NCBI RefSeq assembly: GCF_036365525.1
Contig: NC_090394.1
Location: 22,679,327 to 22,743,326, forward strand
Source: Heterodontus francisci
Taxonomy: Eukaryota
Direction of reading: 5' to 3'
Length of the DNA stretch: 64,000 bases
A program made the position numbers and the translations under genes. The notes under the pieces are model-generated. The model was not told where the DNA came from and did not search any database. It saw only the letters and a list, made by a program, of their open reading frames with translations. Below, piece by piece: positions 50,416 to 64,000 of the stretch; the stretch's first letter is position 1, and each line of letters opens with the position of its first letter.

Positions 50416-50971
50416 TTTATAGAATACAATAACCATCACTCATTTGTTCACACTACCCTGACACATTCCAGGTCTGCAGCTTGATCAATAACATGGACTG
50501 TATTGCCCCACATTCCCCTATCTCCTCCCAAACTTTGAAGCTGCCAGCTCCCATAGTTTATGGCAGCCTGTCTCGTCTCCAGTCTAACCCTTATCTCTGA
50601 TTAGTGATGGGGGGGGGGGCAATCAAGTACAGTTGTACAATTCCAGCATAGTGGTAAAGTATCCCAAGGTCCCTTACAATTAGTGATTCTTCTAAACTTA
50701 ATACATTCTAATACTAATTCTATTAATGTTGCCCTTCTGGTCCCACTTCACAGCTAAGCTTGTATAAATTCATAGTTTGTCTCCCAACATATTGAATAGT
50801 TCTGTGCTCAGAGCTTTCATTTCAGTAGCTAGCCACTGTTTGCTCTGCAAATATACACTAAGATTGACATTTCAACGAATAACCAGTAGCTTTCAAAGCA
50901 AATATCTCAATTAAGGATACTGCATTTACAAGTTATGCAGGAAGTACTTCTACTCATTTCCCTTCCAACAA

Positions 50972-51324
50972 GGGCGGCACAGTGGCGCAGTGGTTAGCAC
51001 CGCAGCCTCACAGCTCCAGGGACCCGGGTTCGATTCTGGGTACTGCCTGTGTGGAGTTTGCAAGTTCTCCCTGTGTCTGCGTGGGTTTTCTCCGGGTGCT
51101 CCGGTTTCCTCCCACAAGCCAAAAGACTTGCAGGTTGGTAGGTAAATTGGCCATTATAAATTGTCACTAGTATAGGTAGGTGGTAGGGAAATACAGGGGC
51201 AGGTGGTGATGTTTGGTAGGAATATGGGATTAGTGTAGGATTAGTATAAATGGGTGGTTGATGGTCGGCACAGACTCGGTGGGCCGAAGGGCCTGTTTCA
51301 GTGCTGTATCTCTAATCTAATCTA
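50972..51324 (+). mobile_element. Full-length HE1/V-SINE-like SINE
   Basis: tRNA-like A box TGGCGCAGTGG and B box GGTTCGATTC, V-SINE-like core, CR1-type tail GGGCCGAAGGGCCTGTTTCAGTGCTGTATCTC(TAATC)n. Confidence 0.9.
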
Positions 51325-53539
51325 AAAGGTCCAGATCTGGTGAGCAAGACTGACATTTTACTTTTGGGATTTGAGCCTGCAACTGATTTGAATAAGATTT
51401 TTAAAATTTGAAGTCCATTACACAAAAGCAATAGTACTTAAACAGGAAGTACTTGAGGTAAATTAAATGATGCATTCTAAAAGAAACTAGACAAGTACAT
51501 GAGAAAGGAATAGAAAGATATGCCAAAGGTAGATGGAATTGGGAGGTGATGGTATAAAAATCAGCAAAGACTAGTTGTTGGGACCAATGGCTTATTTATG
51601 CTATATATACACTAATAACAAACCAAGATCTTAATTGAGGATATTAAGATGTTACAGTTCTGAGCTCAGCATCTTGGGCCTTTAATTGCTATTCTAAAGT
51701 GAAACATGGAATAATTCTAATTGTACCAATTAAAGATTTATGCCAATGTTTACCTTTTAAGAATTCACTAAAAATTATGAATCAATATTCAAAAAGTATT
51801 TTTTTTTGCTTTGAACTTTTTTTATTTCCAAAATATACTTTATTCATAAAAATCTGCAAAAATTACATTGCCAAACAGTTTCAAACAGCACCAAAAAATA
51901 CAAACATTGCAAGGGAGATCAAAAAGTGTATCTTTAAATCTCATTAGTTCATCCTGAAAGTGAGCATTGCTACAGGGTCAGTTCTCACCAATAGTACTTT
52001 AAATTGACTTCCTGAGGAAAAGGACTAATGATAAAACAGTAAAGCATTCAGGACAGCCAGATGAACCCTTACCCTAAAACAGTGGTCTCTCCCTACCAAG
52101 AAACAAGTTGTGGCTTTATAGATTACCAAATTACATCTGTACTGGGAACAGAAAGCTTTTGATTAAGTATTTTTGGAAGTTGAAAAAGCGAAGCAAGCTA
52201 ACTTGTTCCAATAGTAAAGTAAAAACTATCAAGGCTTGGAATTTAAAGTTCTCCACGTTTTAAAATCCCTTCACAGCCTCGCCCCCTCCTCCAGCCCTAC
52301 AGGATCTCAGCATTCCACCATGTCTGGCATCTTCCGCACCCTGCCTATTCACTACTCACTGTCTGCTGTACTTTCAATTACTTAAGCCCCAACCTCTAGA
52401 ATTCCCTCCCTAAACTAAGAAGCTTCTTAAAACTTACCTGCTGACTTCTTAACAGTATTTTATAAGTTTTAAATATTAAACTTAGTACAGAAAAAAACTT
52501 CAGATGCTCAAAATTTAAAATCAAAAAGGCTGGAAAGAATCTGGTCAACAGGCACAGTCAACATTTCAGGTCTGAAACAATACTTTTTTTTCCCCACTGA
52601 TGCCATCTGCCTGGTATTTCCAGCTTTTTCTATTTTGGATTTTAAGCACAATACATCGTTACAAAGCAGGAACAAGGACATTCTGGCGTTGGAGATTGTG
52701 TATTTTTTTTGTTTTGCTGTCTTTAGACAATCGCTTTGATTTGAATGAAGGTTCATCACCCTGACGGATGCCATACTTCCAATTCTTAAGACCTGTAACC
52801 AATAATAAATCAAATTAATACAAGATACAACTAAAATATTACTTTCATGCGCAGCGACAAGTATTTTTTTTTGAAGATGTTGTAAGAGATAAACTTTCAA
52901 AGTTTATTGGCACGCGGGTTTTATTGGCCACAAACTGTACAGAAGTGGGCAATAAGCTTTAGCATGCCATTTAATATAGGCACACTTGTCTTACCGACGG
53001 TAACTAACAACGCCGCTGGTAATTTTCAGAGGGTGCCACATGTCACTGCCGCCCCGACCCAGTTAACAGAACACGTGTTTCCAACTGTTGAACTAGGTCA
53101 GTAAATCTGAAATAAAAACTGGAAATACTCAGCAGGTCTGGCAGCATCTGTGGAGAGAGAAGCAGAGTTAACGTTTCAGGTCATACCAGGATCCAGGTAA
53201 TTATCTGACAACAGCACGAATTTTAGTCATTTCAAATATAACGATGTTGAACAAAAAAAAATACGTTGACGCCATTAACACCAGATTTCAACATTTGCGA
53301 GTTGTATTTTTTCCAAAACAAACACGGTTAAATATTTAGAAAACTTCACCTCGGATACCTTAGAGACAGCTAAACAATCCGCAGCGTCACCTTTTAATAT
53401 GGAGAAAGCTAAAACATGGTGGAATTAAAAATTTTCTTAAGTTTACTGGAGTTTTTTGGAATTAGAAAACGCTTTAGAACTTGAAATTAAAGTAGATTAA
53501 CAATGGAAACCCCTGTTAAGAGCTAAACGTCCCAATCTA

Positions 53540-53803
53540 CCCCATCCGCCATCTTCACCGTCTCTCAGCCGCTGGAATTGCAGCAACAGCCAGTTATAGG
53601 GCGGCGAAACATTGGCCCCGAGTCTGAATAAGAGATAGGAAGCTGTTTCTTTAATATGTGAGTAATGAGATATACTCGGTCCGGGGTCTCCTCTCCGGCC
53701 ACACTCCCTCCCCGCGCGAGATCCGCTTTGAAATCTCGCGAGATTCCGGAGGTTTTAAGAGGGCTGCGCGCGGGCGCTCGGCCTTCTAATTGAAAAATAT
53801 CAC
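53540..53803 (+). promoter_or_regulatory. RPS2: RPS2 promoter and non-coding exon 1 (~53783-53803) in a CpG island
   Basis: TCTCGCGAGA palindrome at 53734-53743, TATA-like TTTTAAGA ~53753, pyrimidine (TOP/TCT) start CCTTCT, donor CAC|gtaagt at 53804, YY1 motif CCGCCATCTT at 53546-53555. Confidence 0.8.
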
Positions 53804-55728
53804 GTAAGTAGTGGCGGCGGCAATCGGTGTAAAATTACAGCCATCCGCCTCGGAGCGGGCCAGGCCAAGGCAGCAAAACCTGTAACTGCAGTTAATAAAG
53901 TGCTTTGTGTGGAGATTTCGTGTACTTGACGTGAAAGTGTTGGGTTTTGAGGAGTTTTTGTGGCCGGATGGCGGCGGGGCTGCTCCAGCTTTTCCCGGGA
54001 CTTTTCCGCTCTATCCCATTTACACTGATAACAGCCCGTTTCTCTGTAATGGTTCCTCCGGATAAGATGCACCTAAAACCGAGCCTAATTCTGATGAGAT
54101 GTGTGTCCCGAGTGTGGGGCCTGCGGCTGATTCTGTTTACCCACTTGGAGACGGGCTCCAGGCCCTCGGGCCGACCTGCTCGGTTAGTGGAAGTAGCGTA
54201 TTGCACTGGAGAGGCTGCTGCATAAAATGGGCCTGAACGATAGAACTCCGGAAGCTGTAATCCTTCCTCGGTGTTCGTGTAAATGATCAATTCGATCATC
54301 ATAAAAACCAACATTATGCATCATAAAAGCTAAAGCAACCCAGTGGAGGAATAATCTCACCATACCATTGTGAAAGATATTGCGGGACCGGAGTTCAACA
54401 GAATTTTTGCTTTCACATTTTTCCACGAATGGTCGTGCTTTCAGGAAAAATATATGGGACAGAAATCAAAGGTGTATTACATATTCACCAGAATACAAAA
54501 CGACATCTGTGAAGGCACTTGAATTTTGGGCTTTTAATTGTTAGTTGTGTCTCAGTGGTAGCACCCTGGCCTCAGGAGGTTGAGTTCAAAAGTCCTACCT
54601 CAAGAGATTTCTGAGCTGCCACTCCAGTGTAGTGCTGAGGATAAAGTGCTATCTTTCAATGAATTGTTGAATTGAGGCCATAGCTGTCCCCACAGGTGGG
54701 TGTAGAGATTCACTGGTACTACCTTGAAGAGCAGGTGTGGCTTTGCCAGTGTCATGCCTAACATTTATCCTTTAACAAGCAGCATGATGCTGAGAGGATG
54801 TTTCCTCTTATGTGAGAGACTAGAACAGTTTAAGAATAAGGCGTTGCCCATTTCAGATGGGGATGAGAATTTTTTTCTCTTAGGATCATTAGTCTGGAAT
54901 TTTCTTCCCCAGAGAGCACAGGCTGATCATTGAATATTTTTATCTTGATTGACAAGGTAGTCAAAGGGGAGAAGGGGTAAACCGGAAAGTAGAGTTGAGG
55001 TCACAATCAGATCAGCCGTGATCTTATCAAATGCGGAGCAGGCCCGAGGGGCCAAATGGCCTACTCCAAATTCGTGCAACAGGTTATCTTATTATCTGAT
55101 TTTGCATGCATATCAGCTGCTGAATTTCCTACATTAAAACTGACTGCAATTCAAAAGTAGTTTATTGGTTAGAAAGTGCTTTTGGAAGGTCATGAGGTTA
55201 TGAAAGGGACTATATGAATCATAGTCTTGTATCAACTAAAGCTGAGAATGATAAGTGTGGAAGGCCATTTACCCCATTTTGCCTTTGGCTCTTTGAAACA
55301 GCTATCCAAATTAGTGCCATTCCTCTGCAAGTTATTCCTTTTAAAGTATATATCCAATTTCCCATGGAAAGTTAATTTTGAAACTGCTTCCACTACCCTT
55401 TCAGGCAGTGCAGCAGTTTAAGGGGTAGTAACCATTTAGAAGTCTTAAAGACTGAGGTGTTCCAAGATAAAGGTCATTTCCACTGGTTGACAATATGGTC
55501 ATCATGCATAAATAATGATTCAGGCTGCGATTTACACTAATAAAAGCACGAAGTGCTGTGTATGATTGGTTTCAGTGTTTTTGTGCAAGTGCAGTCTTAG
55601 TTGATCCAGGTGCTGTGGAAACAGCTCACAATGTAGAAGCGATGATTTGTACAGTACCTGAGTCAGAAGTTAGTGTTAATGCTTCTGAAATATAAATATT
55701 GCGGCTGAATCTTTTGATCCCTTAATAG

Positions 55729-59379
<3,651 letters not shown>

Positions 59380-59899
59380 GCATTTATGCAAAGAATAAAA
59401 TAAAATTTGTTGCCTATGATTTTGTTTATGGTGATCTGTTTTGGATAGGGTAGATTTTGATGGCAAAATGTTTGAAAGGTCATAGGTTTTACTATAGTGA
59501 AAGTTGCTGTATCATCTTATGGCCTGATTGTTTTTAATCTTAACAATTAACTGATCTTCCCTTGATATAAATTATCCTTCAACCCTTTGGTAAGTAATCA
59601 ATTGATGAACTTGGGAATATTACCTGGCTTCCATTACACCATGACATACACGGAAATATCAACAATCACTTGTCTGCAATGCTGCTCTTTTGATCGCCAA
59701 GATTACTTCCACCTCTGCCTTAGCTCATCTGTTCAATTCCTCATCTGTGCCTTTGTTAACCCTGGATTCAATTATTCCAATGTGCTGTTGGCTGGCTGGC
59801 CTCCAAACTTGCACCCTTTGCACGTGAGCTTATTCAAGACGTTGCTGTCTATACCTTAACTTGCAATGTCTCGTCACCCCTGTCCTCATGATATTGTCT

Positions 59900-61472
59900 G
59901 GAATAAAGTGATCTGGTCTGAAATGGCATCCTTTGTGATCTGAGAACTGGAGGATTGCAAATGTTCCACTCATTTAAAAAAGGAGGGATAAATCCAGTAG
60001 CTGCATAGCAGTCAGACTAAAATCAGGGAAGCTTTTAAAAGACCGTCCAGGACAAAATCAATTGGCATTTGGAAAAATATGGGCTAATATGAAAGCATAA
60101 ATTTATTAAAGGCAAATTATTTGATGATGTAGAGGTTGATGGGGTAGTGCATTAAATTTTCAAAAGGTGTTTGAAAAGTGCCATTAGCAAAATTAGAGTC
60201 CATGGCTTAAAAGGATACTGACTGGATACAAAATTGACAAAGCACAGTAGTGGTTAATGGTTTTTCAGAGTGGAGGAGACTATACAGTGGTGTTCCCCAA
60301 GGGTCAATATTAGGACCACTGCTCTTTTTGATAATGACCTGGACTTGGGTATACAGGGCATGATTTCAAAGTTTACAGATATGAAACTTGCAAATCTAGT
60401 AAACAATGAGGATGTGGACATAGTGAATTAAGCAAATACATGACATGAAAATTAATGCAGAGAAGTGCAGCAATACATTTTGGCAGGAAGCGAGCGAGGC
60501 AATTTTTTTATTTAGAGATACGGAATTCAAGACGTTGCTGTCTATACCTTAACTTGCTATGTCTCGTCACCCCTGTCCTCATGATATTGTCTAGACTAAA
60601 GTGATCTGGTCTGAAATGGCATCCTTTGTGATCTGAGAACTGGAGAACCGAGTCTGTGCCGACCAACAACCACCCATTTATACGAACCCTGCAGTAATCC
60701 CATATTCCCTACCACCTACCTACACTAGGGGAAATTTACAATGGCCAATTTACCTATCAACCTGCAAAACTTTGGCTGTGGGAGGAAACCGGAGCACCCT
60801 GTGAAAACGCGCACGGTCACGGAGAACTTGCAAACTCTGCACGGGCAGTACCCAATATAAACCAAATGATTGTTTTAAATGATATGCAGGAACAGCAAGA
60901 CACTGGATGTGTACACAAATCTTTGAAGGTGGGAGGACAAGTTGAGAAGGCTATTAAAACCAAGGATTTGTATCAATTGAGGCAGAGTACAAACAAGGAA
61001 GGTATATTAAACCTTTATACAACACTGATTACGTTTCAGCTGGAGTATTGTATTTAATTTTGGACACCACACTAGCAAGGATGTCTAGTCCTTTGAGAGG
61101 GTGCAGGAAAGAATTATTAGAATGGTTATTAGGGATGAGGAACCAGTTTTCTGGAGGAGTTAGGGTTGATAGAGATGTTCAAAATCATGTACGGTTTAAA
61201 TGGAGTAACTGAAGAGAAACTTCACAGTGGCAAAAGTGTCAACCAGGATTGGCCAAAGTACCAAGGGAACGTGGGGAAACCAAGTTTTTTTACGATCTAA
61301 TATGCACTGTCTGAAACTAGTGGAGCAGATTAAATATTAACTTTCAAAAGGGAATTGGATAAATAGTTAAAGGGATTACTGGGCTAAGGGAAGTAGGACT
61401 AATTAGATAGCTCTACCAAAGAGCCATCACAGGCACGGTGGGCTGAACAGCCTCTTATGCTGTATGATTCTG
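59900..61472 (+). mobile_element. Heavily decayed CR1 RT and tail, with a SINE inserted at ~60503-60853 (-)
   Basis: Remnants of PLFKKG, GVPQGSILGP and QLEYCI, plus a CR1 tail. Confidence 0.75.
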
Positions 61473-61988
61473 ATTAGTGTATTCTTGTGAACCTAACTTC
61501 AGCATTTGGCATGGTTGATCACACCATCTTCCTCTAACACCTCCCTTCTGTTCCTCCTTCTGGACCAATGCTTACATAGTCAATTTCTATCAGCAGATCT
61601 TCAGTGATGCCTTGTCTCCCTTTGCATTACTGCTAACTCCACAAGAAGTTATTGTACGCAGTCTTTTGATATCAGCAGATGTCTATAAATACCAATTATG
61701 AACAGGACACCACTGTTGTGGTTGCTGACTATTCAACAGGATTTTAAATTTGCAGATTGACTTGTCAGAACTCATCACATTACCTGCAGGTGATAAAGAC
61801 TAAAACATCAACAAAAGCATAGATTACAAGTTATGCATTATTTATTTAGTGGGTCCATGAATCTGAGTCACATTCATGTGAAATTCAGCATTTTGCACAA
61901 TTTAAACACATGCGGACTGTACATTATACGTGAAGGTTTGTCACAAACTTAATTTAAAAAAAAGACTTTCCAGTGGCTTGCAGCACTC

Positions 61989-63580
61989 CTATGCTTCAGA
62001 TGCTGCCTTTTCTCTCTCCTCAATCATTCGATGTTTCTGTTTCATTAGACATTTTCTGGCACTACCATAAGCCCCCAGATCACCATCTGCAAAAAGAGGA
62101 AAACAAGCAGTAAATTATGCAGATCAGATGTAACATTTCCTCCAATCACAATGATTTTGTAACACAAAAACATAGCATCCCATGTTCATTCTTACCAAAA
62201 GATGTCCCAAAAGAGATTTGTATTTACACAGTGCCTTTCACGACTATCAGAATTCCCAAAGTACTTTATAGCCAATGAATACTTTTTTGAAGTGTAGTCA
62301 CTGCAGTAATGTAGGAGATGCAGCAGCTGATTTGTGCACAGTAAGCTCCCACAAACAGCAATGTAACAATGATTAGATAATCTGTTCTTGTGATGTTGTT
62401 TGAGGGATAAATATTGGCTAGGACACTGGGGATGACTCCCCTGCTCTTTTTATTTATTTAGAGATACAGCACTGAAACAGGCCCTTTGGCCCACAGAGTC
62501 TGTGCCGACCATCAACCACCCATTTATACTAATCCTACACTAATCCCATATTCCTACAACATCCCCACCTGTCCCTATATTTCCCTACCACCTACCTACA
62601 CTAGGGGCAATTTATAACGGCCAATTTACCTCTCAACTGCAAGTCTTTTGGTGGTGGCAGGAAACCGGAGCACCCGGCGAAAACTCACGCAGACACAGGG
62701 AGAACTTGCAAACTCCACACAGGCTGTACCCAGAATTGAACCCGGGTCACTGGAGCTGTGAGGCTGCGGTTCTAACCACTGCGCCACTGTGCTCTTCTTA
62801 GAAATAGTGACAGATGAGGCCTTGGTTTAATGTTTCATCTGAAAGATGGCAGCACTCCCTTGGTACTGCATTGGAATGTCAGTCTAGCTTGTGCTCAAGT
62901 CCTGGAGTAGGACTTGCACTAACAATCTTCTGACTCGGAGGTAATAGTGCTACCAATTGAGCCACAACTATGGAACATATATGAATGTTTTCTTCAGTAT
63001 ATGCAACCAGATCGCTGTAAACCATTAACTGGCTGACTCTAGTAGAAGTGTCCACCTCAGTGTTTCTCACGGTAGTTTAATCATTAGCCATAATGCTTGT
63101 CAATGTTACAGAAAAGATTTGCTGTATAACTTCTTAGGAACTGACAACAGCTTTTATTTCCAGTACAATTCCTCAGCATGATGATGACCTACATCAATGA
63201 GATTCTGCAGTCTCAATGTACAACTAATATATATCAGCAAATTGTAGCAAATCATTTCAAGATTTACAGGGATTCCATTTGGGGAAAAAAAACATTCCAC
63301 TTAAAGAACTAACAAAAGCTGAGTAGAACATGGGATGGATGCTTAGAACAAGTTTAGTTAGTTGGGATACAATTCTATTCTTTATAGTACATTAGATTAT
63401 AAGATTACCCATACAAAACCAGTCTGCAAGTGTTACTTACATCTCGATTGGTAGCCTTTTGCTCCCTGCTTGAATTGCTCCAGCTCCTTAGCACAGTTTT
63501 GTATGTAGCTGTTACCTTCCCTTTGCTGACAGGCCCTCAGACGCTCCTGAAGAATTTTCATAATTTCCTGATCCACTTTG
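61989..63580 (-). CDS. NDUFB10: NADH:ubiquinone oxidoreductase subunit B10, last two exons: complement(join(61989-62086,63441-63580)); 5' exons lie beyond the right edge
   Basis: [46 protein letters not shown]|[32 protein letters not shown]; canonical ag/gt sites; minus-strand AATAAA at 61841-61846. Confidence 0.96.
62449..62791 (-). mobile_element. HE1/V-SINE-like SINE nested in a Deu-type SINE in the NDUFB10 intron
   Basis: Reverse complement of the 50972 family; flanked by repeated CTGCTCTT/GTGCTCTT host sequence. Confidence 0.85.
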
Positions 63581-64000
63581 CTGCAGGAAAAAAAGTGCAA
63601 GTTTACTCATACCACAAAAATGAAAGAAGTACTGCTCGATAGCAAAAGAACTGCTGAATTGGAACAGGCTACTAGCCTTGGCAACTGCTAAATACCTAGG
63701 TTTCTGACAAGTGAGTACAATGCCTGAACTCTAGCCTCAATTGCTGGTTTAACAGGTACAGTAGCTGCAGAAAATCACATGTAACTGTCTACAAAGCATA
63801 GGCATCAATTGAGGAAGAACTGAAGACACGCCAGCACTAAGCTTCTCCTTCACAAGCTCTGCCAAAATTCGTCCTCCACTGAATGCCTGAGAACAATTCA
63901 GGTGCATCTTGCAAGCAAATTAATATTCACACCCTGAATAGAAACAGAGATGTGGAAGAGAATGAGAAAAGAACCAGGTGCTAATGAAATAGAGGAAAGA

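Noticed and set aside
52985-53100. Hairpin-rich minus-strand block ending in ACA as a SNORA78 candidate
   Set aside because: Hairpins are too short, no properly placed H box, and the ACA overlaps a splice-donor-like sequence.
53800-54426. Several 80-140 aa ORFs in the RPS2 CpG island
   Set aside because: GC-rich intron 1 sequence with no homology cues.
55632-55689. Possible C/D snoRNA (GCGATGA..CTGA..CTGA) in RPS2 intron 1
   Set aside because: Degenerate C box, short length, and no rRNA complementarity that I could recognise.

Overview
Vertebrate genomic DNA, very likely from a cartilaginous fish, judging by abundant HE1/V-SINE-like and Deu-type SINEs, CR1 LINEs and Penelope-like elements. 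The window matches the gene cluster at human 16p13.3. From left to right it holds TBL3 exon 1 (- strand, 1821-1852), a multi-exon RNF151-like RING/TRAF-zinc-finger gene (+, 28657-47535, first coding exon uncertain), a CpG-rich promoter, a complete RPS2 gene (+, 279 aa, with an intronic SNORA10/64-family snoRNA), and the last two exons of NDUFB10 (-). Most of the supplied ORFs are transposon fragments or spurious. The most notable item is a young Penelope-like retroelement (5964-8107) with an intact RT-thumb/GIY-YIG frame, 676-bp near-perfect inverted arms and a minimal, dimer-type hammerhead ribozyme motif; related short 3'-end copies are scattered through the window. Other points of interest: RNF151 appears inverted relative to the human arrangement and has an extra acidic tail; two GC-AG introns; two additional H/ACA snoRNA candidates, one possibly in a divergent SNHG9-like host; inverted solo LTRs bracketing RNF151 exons; and a 121-bp templated insertion inside a SINE. 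All calls were made by eye, with family sequences recalled from memory; no searches were run, and repeat boundaries are approximate.
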